From the IMG/VR virus record IMGVR_UViG_3300028832_000110, positions 32,001 to 96,000 of that record: 64,000 bases of DNA. One strand, written 5' to 3'. Positions 40,667-50,228 of this stretch are shown in pieces. The stretch comes from a virus (Duplodnaviria > Caudoviricetes). Position numbers and translations under genes: made by a program. Below the pieces are notes generated by a model. That model was given only the letters and a program-made list of their open reading frames with translations. It did no database searches and was not told where the DNA came from. How positions within the stretch are numbered: the stretch's first letter is position 1; the number at the start of each line of letters is the position of its first letter.

Positions 40667-41536
40667 ATGAGTGGAAAAGCAATAATGAGGCTTGATACCA
40701 GTGTGTATGAAGAGCCTACACAAGAGGATTTCGATGAAGCGAAAGCATTCGTCCGCGAAAGGAACAACTATGCTTCGCTTCTCGAAAGCCTTATCATGGA
40801 AATACTGAGGAATGCCGCAAGGGAGATAACTATCATCTGCTACAAATACAATATCGACCCCGTAGCCTTTACCCTCCAGTCCAACGACTCGATGTATGGC
40901 GAGATAGTGGAGGTTATGGAAAGAGTGGAGGAAGAGATTATGCAACTCATTCAGCAATACTCTGCCATTAACGCAGGTGATGACCGTGACAGCATTATAT
41001 CCTATATCATGTCATTGGGTAGGCAGAACCGCAACCTCACAGATACCCTTGAAGATTATCTATGGCGTTATCTCTACGACCTCGAAGCCCTTATTGCATC
41101 CATGCAAATCGCAGGACATGACGTTGCAACCGCCACCACAAAGATTGTCGGGGCATTGCAGAGCGTATATACTACGCCAGAGGTAAGGTCTGCGATGTCG
41201 GTTCCTGGCATTGCCGCGATGTACCTCAAATCAAAAGGCATCCACTACGACCCCGGTACTCAGCACCCGTCCGTCGGACTCAGCAACAACGGTGCTGTAA
41301 ACGTCACCAACATGGCAAAGATAACGTTGTTGATGGCATGGCGACGTGAAAACCTCATGGCCATGGAAGCAGAGGGTGTTGCCGGATATTATGTGATGCG
41401 CGGGAGCAGCTACGATTGTAAGATGTGTGATAGCAATGTCGGCTTCCATAACATTGACGATAAGGAGCATTTTCCTCCGATCCATCCTCATTGCTGCTGC
41501 ATCGCCGTTCCCATTAACAAAATTATCGAAGAATAA
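40667..41536 (+). CDS. minor head morphogenesis protein (SPP1 gp7 / Mu F-like)
   Basis: C-terminal CKMC...PPIHPHCCC motif; follows the portal gene. Confidence 0.75.
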   Translation: MSGKAIMRLDTSVYEEPTQEDFDEAKAFVRERNNYASLLESLIMEILRNAAREITIICYKYNIDPVAFTLQSNDSMYGEIVEVMERVEEEIMQLIQQYSAINAGDDRDSIISYIMSLGRQNRNLTDTLEDYLWRYLYDLEALIASMQIAGHDVATATTKIVGALQSVYTTPEVRSAMSVPGIAAMYLKSKGIHYDPGTQHPSVGLSNNGAVNVTNMAKITLLMAWRRENLMAMEAEGVAGYYVMRGSSYDCKMCDSNVGFHNIDDKEHFPPIHPHCCCIAVPINKIIEE

Positions 41537-41548
41537 AAACGTAGAATT

Positions 41549-42052
41549 ATGAATTTCTCAGAAAAGATAAAAAAAGAGGCGAAGAAATTTGACGTAACGC
41601 CGGAGCAGCTACTAATGGCTGATTTGATTGCTTTGGGATATTCAAAGCCAGATGCCTATAATATCGCCTATACCGAACGCGAGATTTTTGACATTCAGAA
41701 AAATATGAGCCACCGTGACGGAATTCTTGAAGACAAAAAATTCAAGGTGATGCTTGAAGCCAGAATCCAGCGCGTAAAATCAGGCGTTACAATTCCAGAA
41801 AAACTCTCTGAGATTGAACTTATCTCAAAGGAAGAGGCTTTGAAGGAGGTTTTACGCAGTGCCAGAAAACTGCCGGAGGGAAGTAAGGAACGTGGCGAGG
41901 CTTTTCTTCGCTATAACGAGCAATATGCGAAACTCACGGAACAGGGGCAGAATGGCGACACCATAAATATCTATCTGCCGCTGAAGTGCTGCAACTGCTC
42001 CCTATATCTCGATTATGTGGAAAAGGTAAAGGAGAAATTAAGTGGGGAATAA
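41549..42052 (+). CDS. hypothetical protein, possibly terminase small subunit
   Basis: Helical, HTH-like N-terminus (GYSKPDAYNIAY) and C-terminal CCNC; last gene of the packaging operon. Confidence 0.45.
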   Translation: MNFSEKIKKEAKKFDVTPEQLLMADLIALGYSKPDAYNIAYTEREIFDIQKNMSHRDGILEDKKFKVMLEARIQRVKSGVTIPEKLSEIELISKEEALKEVLRSARKLPEGSKERGEAFLRYNEQYAKLTEQGQNGDTINIYLPLKCCNCSLYLDYVEKVKEKLSGE

Positions 42053-42103
42053 AAAAAAGCGGAGATTCTGCGCATCTTCGTAGCATATATCTTTCAAGTC
42101 GCA

Positions 42104-42145
42104 GATGGAGGTCGCCCGTGGAAGGGGTCAGACCTCCATTTTTTC
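42104..42145 (+). terminator. intrinsic terminator
   Basis: ATGGAGGTC...GACCTCCAT followed by a T-run, between convergent operons. Confidence 0.6.
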
Positions 42146-42165
42146 TGCATAAAAAAAGCCTCCCG

Positions 42166-42780
42166 TTAGGAAGGCTGATTTAATTCTTCTCTCATTTCTC
42201 CCGCCTGAATCAGTTTTTCAAAGGCTTCGTTGTCCTTTTCCATTTGTTCACGGCTAACCTGCTCATAGGTTTCGAGATCATTCAAGACGTTTTTCATCAT
42301 GTCTTTCAACACGCCGTAATACTCAGATTTTTTCTCCTTGGCCGTCTTTGACCTATCCTGCTTCAGCATATAGAGCGTACAGCAGCTCAGTACGAGGTTG
42401 TGGAAAAGTCCGTCTGATACGGTTGAGACATTGGCATAGTTGCAGAAAAGCGTGGAAAGGATTGCTTCGTCTTCGGGCGTTCCGCTTTCATAGAGATTGA
42501 CGATGATATTTGCGATGGCAAAAGTCTCTGGCAATCTTATGCACCAACATTCCTGCGCGTCGGCAATCTTTACAGCACCGATAATTGCGGCTTCCTGCTT
42601 CTGAAGGAATTTCTCGGTCATCTTGGCTCCTGGGAGTAGTTCGCGGGAATGCCCGTTGACATCAACGAGCAATTTCACACGCTTCAACTTGAAGCCTTTG
42701 ATGGCGACATATTCCTCACCCAAGGTTCGTTGTAGCTGCTCCTTTTTTTCAGCAGCGGCAGCATTCTCTTTTTTATCCAT
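42166..42780 (-). CDS. hypothetical protein
   Basis: 204-aa ORF in a packed minus-strand operon. Confidence 0.7.
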   Translation of the reverse strand: MDKKENAAAAEKKEQLQRTLGEEYVAIKGFKLKRVKLLVDVNGHSRELLPGAKMTEKFLQKQEAAIIGAVKIADAQECWCIRLPETFAIANIIVNLYESGTPEDEAILSTLFCNYANVSTVSDGLFHNLVLSCCTLYMLKQDRSKTAKEKKSEYYGVLKDMMKNVLNDLETYEQVSREQMEKDNEAFEKLIQAGEMREELNQPS

Positions 42781-43723
42781 TGAATTTCTTCTTTAGATTT
42801 TCAAGCAATTTTTCGACAGAGGGGAAGATTTCTTCCTCTTTATAGCGGACATCGCCATCTTTGTTGACAACGAGATAGGAGAAACCTCCATCAAACTTGC
42901 CAATCTTTTTCACGATACCAGACTTCACGATATTTCCATTCATGAAGAAAACCTTGTCACCAACACTAAACCCGGGCTTCGGATTATTGAATTGGTAAAT
43001 CTGGTTTGGATTCATTATGATTGGCATGGCGAAAACATCAATGGCATCAAGATGAAGAGGCATTTGTGCCAGATGCTTACGAAGGTTAAATGTGTCAAGA
43101 CGGAAAGCCTTGATTCGGTCTTCAAGTTCCTTCGCAGTTTTCTCGCTTACACCTTTGACAGAATTGTTGGGAATATTTTCCTTTCCAACGTCAAAGGATT
43201 TATCAGCGACAGCCTTTGCCATGGCCTTGGGTACGATTTCAACGAAATCACGCCACAACTTCTGATATGCCTGCTTTGCGGCTTCTGGCATACCATGAAC
43301 TTCCATCGCTGAGAGATCGCCGACTTTTCGCAGGATTTTTGCAACCTCCTTTGTCATTTCAACAAAGCGGTCAACGTCAAACTCCAATTTGAAGCGAATG
43401 CCGCCACAATTATTTTGTAGCTGCTCCAGTTCATCGTGCTTCTTTGCCAAACGCTTCTGCAACTTCTCAACCTTCTTATTCAGTTTGTCGATGGTTTCAA
43501 GGGCATCAGAGAGGTCGCCACCGCCACCGATTCTTTTGCAGGTATAGAACAGTTCCATGTCATCGCTGTCACCAAACGGATCAACGAGTTTGATGGCGGC
43601 TTGGTCGGGAATATCCTCACCATTCAGCAAGTCCAGACATTGCTTGAACATCTTGAAGCAAAGTTTAACCTGCGCCCGAAGTTGTTCGGGCGTCAGGTCT
43701 TCGAGTTTCAGTATCTTCGACAT
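42773..43723 (-). CDS. hypothetical coiled-coil protein
   Basis: 316 aa; C-terminal FSVGDKVFF SH3-like segment. Confidence 0.7.
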   Translation of the reverse strand: MSKILKLEDLTPEQLRAQVKLCFKMFKQCLDLLNGEDIPDQAAIKLVDPFGDSDDMELFYTCKRIGGGGDLSDALETIDKLNKKVEKLQKRLAKKHDELEQLQNNCGGIRFKLEFDVDRFVEMTKEVAKILRKVGDLSAMEVHGMPEAAKQAYQKLWRDFVEIVPKAMAKAVADKSFDVGKENIPNNSVKGVSEKTAKELEDRIKAFRLDTFNLRKHLAQMPLHLDAIDVFAMPIIMNPNQIYQFNNPKPGFSVGDKVFFMNGNIVKSGIVKKIGKFDGGFSYLVVNKDGDVRYKEEEIFPSVEKLLENLKKKFNG

Positions 43724-43729
43724 AACAGA

Positions 43730-44575
43730 TTACTTTTTATTGGTTGAACCTGCGGGGCGACCGGGCTTTCTCTTCTCTTGGGAGTCAGCGTTGTCACCAC
43801 CTTCACCCTCACCTTTACCGTCGGCATCACCAGTGCCAGGAGCCTCAGTTCCTTCACCTTCGCCACCTTCACCGTTGGCAGGGGCTTCGTCTGTGGGGGC
43901 TGACTCACCTGCACCTGCATTCTCAGCAGCGGCCTTAGCCTTTGCATCTTCCTCTGCCTTTGCAGCAGCCTCGGCTTCAGCCTTTGCCTTTTCCTCAAAC
44001 TCATTCTCGATGTCGGCAACGGTGGTTTCACCACTAACGACCTTCTCAAAGAGAGAGGCGAGAGTTTCAATACCGTTCTCACGCACAAAGGCGATGCGGT
44101 CTTCATTCGTGCCTGCGGGATCACTTGCCTTTTCGAGAATGTCATGTGTGTTCTCGTCGGCAATATTGATGACACCGTATTTGTTCAGAACGATAATCAA
44201 GGCACTCCAGTTCTTTGCATCGGCGATTCTCTGGTTCTCAGCAGCAGCCTCTTGGTTGAAGCCTGCGTCAATGAGTGCGCCTACACGCTCTTCCTCCGGC
44301 ATAGCCATGATTTTTTCAAGAAGGGCTTTGCGCTCGGCTTCCTTTGCGGCCTTCTCAGCCTCAATCTCTGCCTTGTGCTCGGCGATAGTACCACCAGTCT
44401 CTTCGGGTTTGTCGAGACGATTCACACTCTGTTTTGAAGCATTCTCAAACAGACGGTCTTCTTCAAGACGGTTCTTTGCGGCTTCAGCGGCATTGTTCAT
44501 ACCCTGACGATATGCGTTGCCGATTTCCTCAGACTTGATAGTCTTGGGGTTGTTGTTTCCTACTACAATTCCCAT
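43730..44575 (-). CDS. acidic Ala/Glu/Gly-rich protein with a C-terminal AT-hook-like motif
   Basis: Low-complexity tail ending KRKPGRPAGSTNKK. Confidence 0.7.
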   Translation of the reverse strand: MGIVVGNNNPKTIKSEEIGNAYRQGMNNAAEAAKNRLEEDRLFENASKQSVNRLDKPEETGGTIAEHKAEIEAEKAAKEAERKALLEKIMAMPEEERVGALIDAGFNQEAAAENQRIADAKNWSALIIVLNKYGVINIADENTHDILEKASDPAGTNEDRIAFVRENGIETLASLFEKVVSGETTVADIENEFEEKAKAEAEAAAKAEEDAKAKAAAENAGAGESAPTDEAPANGEGGEGEGTEAPGTGDADGKGEGEGGDNADSQEKRKPGRPAGSTNKK

Positions 44576-44587
44576 AGCTGTAATTTT

Positions 44588-45070
44588 TTAGTGATTAAAT
44601 TGTGATTTGTCGATAACTAAGTAAATGGTGTCGATGACGTGTCCGGCAGGACTGGCATCAACGGCATTAGGCATATTACGCAGTAAAGGAGTGGCAAATG
44701 CACTATCCAACACCTCCACGTCATTGACGAAATATTGTGAGCGGCCACGATTATGGAACCAATTCCATCCCCTAACGCGATGGTACTTGATCTTGATTTT
44801 CCAACCCTTAACCTGCGCCTCCTTCATCAAGTCAATCAACTGCGACTGGTCATCGCGGTCATTGTCGAAGGAAAAGGTAAAGGGGTCGCCACTCGTATTC
44901 ATGCCAGTCTGCGTGATGTTGAGATTGCCATCCCATGAATCCCAGAGTAGTCCTGACTTCGCAAACTCCGTCAAGACACCAACCTTCTCACCCTCAGAAT
45001 AGTTCTCAGAGCAAGAGCACATGACAATGCTCATTAGAGCAATAGCCAGAAACAAAACGATTTTCTTCAT
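44588..45070 (-). CDS. lipoprotein
   Basis: MKKIVLFLAIALMSIVMCSC signal/lipobox followed by YSEGEKVG..KSG.LW.SWDG.L; start placed at 45070. Confidence 0.75.
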   Translation of the reverse strand: MKKIVLFLAIALMSIVMCSCSENYSEGEKVGVLTEFAKSGLLWDSWDGNLNITQTGMNTSGDPFTFSFDNDRDDQSQLIDLMKEAQVKGWKIKIKYHRVRGWNWFHNRGRSQYFVNDVEVLDSAFATPLLRNMPNAVDASPAGHVIDTIYLVIDKSQFNH

Positions 45071-45133
45071 AACACTTTTATTTATGTGAAACATTCCAGT
45101 TCTTTCCAATTCTTGCAACATTTGAAAGAATTA

Positions 45134-45586
45134 TCAACAATCTTCGAGCTTTCCTTCATAGCAACCAAGACCGTAGTTACGGCGCGAACAATTACTATTA
45201 AGCAGACAACTCGCACACGAACAGAAGGTGTGACCCATGTAATCGTGATAGATATGGCAGTCGGGGAAGTTGCAGAGCATACCATCGACATGGGAGCAAC
45301 CCTTTTTCCTATATACGGGGCATTTGCTGACGGGATCGCTATTGAGCCAACGGTAATAGGCTCTCTTTATCCTTCCAAAAACAGAAATTTTCTGCCCTAA
45401 CCTCGGAATCGGCTTCAACTCTGCTGTCATATAGCCTTGAACCTCGTTTCCTTCAAAGGCAACTTTGACATTGTACTCGTTGTAATCATCAAATCCGACA
45501 ATCTTACCGATGTCGCCGTGATGACTGTTATTGACTAATATCACGACGAGTTGACCAATTTTGAACTTATCCTTTGCTTTTTCCAT
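45134..45586 (-). CDS. Cys-rich hypothetical protein with a KOW/SH3-like N-terminus
   Basis: FKIGQLV..GDIGKIV; many C-terminal Cys/His. Confidence 0.65.
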   Translation of the reverse strand: MEKAKDKFKIGQLVVILVNNSHHGDIGKIVGFDDYNEYNVKVAFEGNEVQGYMTAELKPIPRLGQKISVFGRIKRAYYRWLNSDPVSKCPVYRKKGCSHVDGMLCNFPDCHIYHDYMGHTFCSCASCLLNSNCSRRNYGLGCYEGKLEDC

Positions 45587-45589
45587 GAC

Positions 45590-46132
45590 TTATGCGTTTA
45601 AGAAATCTTCCACGTCCAGATAGTCAATGCCAAAGTTCTCGGCACATTCCTTGTCAGAGTTGGAGAATTGACCCTCCTTGCCACTGGCATCACCAACCAT
45701 AAGCATATTGGCTTTGTTTTTGATGATGGGCGCGGCATAGCATAGCTTCTCGGCATAGAACTTTTCGAGCATACCGGGATTGGGCTTGCGCATGGGGTTG
45801 GTTTTGTCCTCACTCGCACAATAGTAGGAGAATACATCAATGAAAATGTCGTTGGGATTGTCATTGAGATAGTATTCCATGAACGTTCTCACGGCAGCAA
45901 GTTTGGCGTTGAAGTCATGCTCACTGCAATAGCGGGGAATGCCGCCTTGATTGCTGACGATGCAGACCATGTGGAGGTTTGGCATGGAAACCCTCACCTT
46001 GTCAAGAAAATCCTTCTTGATCTGGAAGTCCGTAACGTCTTTGGCAAAGGTCTCGCCGCTAATGGTCTTGATGATGGTGTCATCAAAGTCCAGAAACAGA
46101 ACGGTCTTATCCGATAATTGAAATCCTGTCAT
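45590..46132 (-). CDS. HAD-IIIA hydrolase, polynucleotide 3'-phosphatase-like
   Basis: DFDDT, SNQGG, RKPNPGM and VGDASG...FSNSDKECAEN motifs. Confidence 0.88.
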   Translation of the reverse strand: MTGFQLSDKTVLFLDFDDTIIKTISGETFAKDVTDFQIKKDFLDKVRVSMPNLHMVCIVSNQGGIPRYCSEHDFNAKLAAVRTFMEYYLNDNPNDIFIDVFSYYCASEDKTNPMRKPNPGMLEKFYAEKLCYAAPIIKNKANMLMVGDASGKEGQFSNSDKECAENFGIDYLDVEDFLNA

Positions 46133-46134
46133 AA

Positions 46135-46470
46135 CTACTGCTCATTAATTTGTGACTGGAGCATCTTCTTGTATATCCTCACGCTATAAAGGCGATGCAA
46201 TGTGCGTCCGTGCAACTCCGATACGATGTTGAACTGCTTCGCAATCTTCCGCTTCATAAACCAGAAGCTATTGTAGTACATCTGCATCCAGAACTGGCTT
46301 TCGACACGATGCAGTTGCAGTTCCGTTTCCAGATATTGCTCATGCAAGATGACGAATTCCATTTTGTCAGTACCGTCAACTTCCATTGTCAAGAGTGCCT
46401 GCGACAACTTTTCAAGGGTGTCGTTGAGTTCTCTTCTCGTTTTCAGAAATTCATCGTATTCCATAGACAT
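46135..46470 (-). CDS. hypothetical protein
   Basis: 111-aa helical ORF in the operon. Confidence 0.65.
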   Translation of the reverse strand: MSMEYDEFLKTRRELNDTLEKLSQALLTMEVDGTDKMEFVILHEQYLETELQLHRVESQFWMQMYYNSFWFMKRKIAKQFNIVSELHGRTLHRLYSVRIYKKMLQSQINEQ

Positions 46471-46947
46471 TTATTGTTTATCGGGGTCAAGGGCATGGCT
46501 ATCTACGAAGTCAATGCCATTCTTCTTTAGCTGCTCCAAAGCATCGTGGTATTTCTCGTTGAGAGTGCGCAGGCTCTCCCAAACCTCCGAAATCTGATCG
46601 TTGACCTCACCACTGACATCGGGGAACAAGCCGATGGCAGGAATGACCTTACCCTCACCGAACTTGTCTTTGGCATAGCCGATGGCATTGATGAAGCAGG
46701 TCTTATATGCGTCGAGGTCACGCTGCATCTGAAGCATGGCATCGACTGAAGTGTTATTGCTTGCAGTCATAGCCTGCTTGACAACGGCAACGCTATCATC
46801 ACTGAGGCAGTAGGTCTTGACAACGCCGCCGCAAACTAAGTAAAGCATCTTCTTTTCTTCATTCAGTTCAGACACCATATCCAAATTGATTACTCGCTTT
46901 GGCTTTGCCGAACCAATGATACACTGGATTTCTACAAATCTACTCAT
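46471..46947 (-). CDS. hypothetical protein
   Basis: 158-aa ORF in the operon. Confidence 0.65.
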   Translation of the reverse strand: MSRFVEIQCIIGSAKPKRVINLDMVSELNEEKKMLYLVCGGVVKTYCLSDDSVAVVKQAMTASNNTSVDAMLQMQRDLDAYKTCFINAIGYAKDKFGEGKVIPAIGLFPDVSGEVNDQISEVWESLRTLNEKYHDALEQLKKNGIDFVDSHALDPDKQ

Positions 46948-46959
46948 AGCACAATGGTT

Positions 46960-48405
46960 TTATATTTGATATTCTAAGTCGTGATCACTGAAAATGGAAT
47001 AGACAACGCCAAGGCTAACCCTATGTATCTGGCTCTCACTGAGCGTTCTGTTCATCCACTTATAAAAGGCATTCGCCTCTTCAGCAACATAATCGTTTTC
47101 CCTGCACCACTTCGCATACTCGGCATAGAAGACATTCGCCAACACGCGCTTGGGCTTCTCGTCTAACTGGTTGATGTGGTAGTTTTCCCTCAGACCCTTC
47201 TCATTCATAAAAAGCCTTATGGTCTGACGGTTCTCTACCATATACTTTCGCTTTTCGTCATCGCTCATTTTGGCCTTGGTGAACCTAAAGTCATCCTTCA
47301 CCAACTTCTTATAGCCCTCAATGAGCCAATTCCTAATGCCGGAATACTCATTGCGCAAGTTACTGCCTAACTCCCTATCCATATCCTTCGCCGTGACAGC
47401 AGCCCTAAACGGAATGAATATCAATCGTCTAAGCATAGCCCTATCCATATTGCTATTCGTGGGCTTGTTGTTCATGGAAAAGATTAGAAATGGAATATCG
47501 GCCTTGGTCTCGAACTTGCCTTTGATAGTGCGTGTGGTCTGAGGACTGCCACTGCACAGACTCTTAAAGGCATCCTCGTATCTGGTAATGTCATAAGCCT
47601 GCACCTCGTCGCAGATATTGAATATCTTTCCCACAACCTGCTCACCGATTAACCTGGCTCTGCTATCCATATTGCCACTTACCAAGTCAGCCAATGCGAC
47701 ATTGCATACGTTCCAACCACCAACGACATCGGTAATGACATTGGTAATGGTTGACTTACCGTTGGCTCCAGTACCTACGAGCCACAGACTTTCTTCGACT
47801 CTGTGAGTCATCCTACGCCTATAAACACAAGCCAGACCCATGTACTTCTGCAAAGTCAGAATATGGTCATCGGGCAAAATGCCCTTCAAAAAGGAAATCC
47901 ATTTGGGGCAGGTGGCATTGGGATCATAGTCATAGTCCAACAACCTAATGACTGGCATCTTCTCACCAAAGCCATACTTCACGGGATTATCAATGTCAGA
48001 GAAATCCCAGATACCATTTCTGAAACCGACAATGGAAGGCGATAACTCCAATACACTACTCTTTGCACCATCGCAAAGACTGTTATAGAGCTTCTGAATG
48101 GACTTAACAACGTCATCCTTGTCAACCTTACACGCAACAAGAGCATCACTCAAACTATACTGCATGACGCGAAGCTCAGAGTCAGAGAGACAATTCCATA
48201 TCCTACCATCGAAATGATAGATGTCACCGTTCCAACTGCGCAAACACTGCTTGCCAACCTTGAAAACAATGTTGGAATAGTCTAACAGCCTGTGACCATA
48301 CCTCTGCTGATGATAAGCCTCAGTGAGTTCCTTGCGATCAATACTCGCAACGAAATCCTGCTTCAACTTCTCACGCAAGTCCAATGTATGTAAGGAACCC
48401 TTCAT
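46960..48405 (-). CDS. D5/P4-family primase-associated SF3 helicase
   Basis: GFRNGIWD and YDYDPNATCPKW (D5_N), Walker A GTGANGKST, ICDE, RRLIFIPF. Confidence 0.88.
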   Translation of the reverse strand: MKGSLHTLDLREKLKQDFVASIDRKELTEAYHQQRYGHRLLDYSNIVFKVGKQCLRSWNGDIYHFDGRIWNCLSDSELRVMQYSLSDALVACKVDKDDVVKSIQKLYNSLCDGAKSSVLELSPSIVGFRNGIWDFSDIDNPVKYGFGEKMPVIRLLDYDYDPNATCPKWISFLKGILPDDHILTLQKYMGLACVYRRRMTHRVEESLWLVGTGANGKSTITNVITDVVGGWNVCNVALADLVSGNMDSRARLIGEQVVGKIFNICDEVQAYDITRYEDAFKSLCSGSPQTTRTIKGKFETKADIPFLIFSMNNKPTNSNMDRAMLRRLIFIPFRAAVTAKDMDRELGSNLRNEYSGIRNWLIEGYKKLVKDDFRFTKAKMSDDEKRKYMVENRQTIRLFMNEKGLRENYHINQLDEKPKRVLANVFYAEYAKWCRENDYVAEEANAFYKWMNRTLSESQIHRVSLGVVYSIFSDHDLEYQI

Positions 48406-48456
48406 GCGCGTATTTAACCCTATAATATAAATATTTTATTTCTTAACACTCAAAAA

Positions 48457-49270
48457 TGCCTACATTGCCTACATTTTGCCTACATGATGCAAAGATAAAC
48501 CCTTTATTTAAAAGGGAATGCGATATGTAGGGAAAAATCAAGAAAACAGTAGAAAAATATCTATTTTGCCTACATTATGTAGGGAAAAAACATCGAAAAT
48601 ACATAGTTTTAACAGAAATTAAACACAAAATTTACCCAAAAAATGCCGATTTTTCGATTTTTGTCGATTTTAAGACATTTGCCTACATTATGCCCTATAC
48701 ATCGGACTTCAAGCCACATCGACACCATGCAAAACCAAAGTGTTAAAACTGTGTTAAATCAGAAAAATAATAAAAAATTAAAATAAAAAATTTTTGTGAG
48801 AGGTGAAAACGGCGGTTTATCTGATCTGGAGGGGGGCTTCCCCTGCCTTTTTGTGTCAAAATTAATGATTTAATAATGATACATTATAAATATAATGTAA
48901 CTTTCTCAATTTTAAGATTTTACGATGATTTTTTAACATTTGCCGAAAGTCGCCACTAAAGCCCTATTTATCGTACTTTTCGCAAATTTTTCGTACTTAT
49001 TTTATGTTAATTTCGTACTTTTATTAATACGTTTTAATTGGTTATTTGCAATTATGAAAAAGTTAATTTTAACTTAACTTTTTGTATGTTATTTTTACTT
49101 TTTAAGCTCGTTTTCTTGCTTTGTTCATTGCCTATATTTGCCCCTTTAGCCCCTTATTCTTTGCCCCTTTGCCCTTATTGCCTACATTAAAGACAAGACC
49201 ACAAAAGACCATACAAGACCATATAAAAGCCCCTTATTCGCTCTATACATATTATATATATAATGTAGGC
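48457..49270. repeat. TGCCTACAT / ATGTAGG repeat cluster (iteron- or operator-like)
   Basis: Copies at 48457, 48466, 48477, 48567, 48680 and 49179; inverted copies at 48525, about 48577 and 49263. Confidence 0.7.
48490..48497 (-). promoter_or_regulatory. -7 promoter box for the helicase operon
   Basis: TATCTTTG on the minus strand, about 85 nt upstream of the start at 48405. Confidence 0.55.
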
Positions 49271-49444
49271 TTTGCCGCTTTTGGGCTTTGTCTGGCTTCG
49301 CTTTTGCCCCTTTGCTTATGTTATGATCAATACGCATAACCTACAAAAATACGCTTATATATTGCACGATTTGCCGCTTTTGTGCATACTTTTGTAAAGA
49401 ATTCGGAAAACTTTGCACCTTTTGCAAAAATAATCATATAAATA

Positions 49445-49476
49445 TTTGCATATTTCAAATATTGTTTGTACCTTTG
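49445..49476 (+). promoter_or_regulatory. consensus Bacteroidota primary-sigma promoter
   Basis: TTTG (49445), 20-nt spacer, TACCTTTG (49469-49476), upstream of 49537. Confidence 0.8.
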
Positions 49477-49536
49477 CCACTGAAAAGATATAATATCGGA
49501 CTTGCACGAAGCAAGAAACACTAAACAATTTAAATT

Positions 49537-50175
49537 ATGAACAAAAAGAATTTAGCTACTATCGACACAAGAAAAGACGCAGTAGCAATTATGGAAAAGC
49601 AAAGCGAGAAAAAAGTCGAAAATTCTACGCTTTCAGAAACAGACAAAATTAAAGCGTTTATTTCAGCCGCTGAAAATTCAGACGATTTTAAAGCCGCTAA
49701 AAAGAGCGCAGACGCAGAGCTCAGAAAATTACAAGCTACTTTGTACGCTAAAGTTTACGCCCCTTATTGCGCCAATTATTTGAGCGAATATTTTGCAGAC
49801 GCAGACGCAGACGAAATTAAAGCCGAAATTTCGCAGTTTATTAATGATACTGCAAATTGCACAATTTTAATTGCAAGCGAAAGCCCCGAAAAATTTGGCG
49901 AAAATTCATGCACTACTTTTGCAACTGAAAACCGCAATTTTTATGGCTACGTTTTCAGCCCCGAAAGCGCAGCAAAAGCCGCAAGACTTGTTAATTATTG
50001 GCTTGAGTATCGTCGCAATATCGTTGACTCTTTAGCCGCTAAAGTAGCCGCCAAAAAAGCAACCGCAAGAAAAGCCGCTAAAGCCGAAAAGAGCGCAGTC
50101 GAATTGCTTGCCGAAAAATACGGTGTATCGGTTGAACAACTTAATTCTATACTTGCCGCAAATTTGGCAAAGTAA
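49537..50175 (+). CDS. Ala/Lys-rich hypothetical protein, probable immediate-early gene
   Basis: 212-aa ORF with its own consensus promoter and terminator; atypical word usage. Confidence 0.8.
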   Translation: MNKKNLATIDTRKDAVAIMEKQSEKKVENSTLSETDKIKAFISAAENSDDFKAAKKSADAELRKLQATLYAKVYAPYCANYLSEYFADADADEIKAEISQFINDTANCTILIASESPEKFGENSCTTFATENRNFYGYVFSPESAAKAARLVNYWLEYRRNIVDSLAAKVAAKKATARKAAKAEKSAVELLAEKYGVSVEQLNSILAANLAK

Positions 50176-50196
50176 CAAGACCACACAAGACAAAGG

Positions 50197-50228
50197 AAAA
50201 GGGCTTTTTTAGCCCTTTTTCTTGTTTT
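50197..50228 (+). terminator. intrinsic terminator
   Basis: AAAAGGGCT-TTTTT-AGCCCTTTT followed by a T-rich run. Confidence 0.65.
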
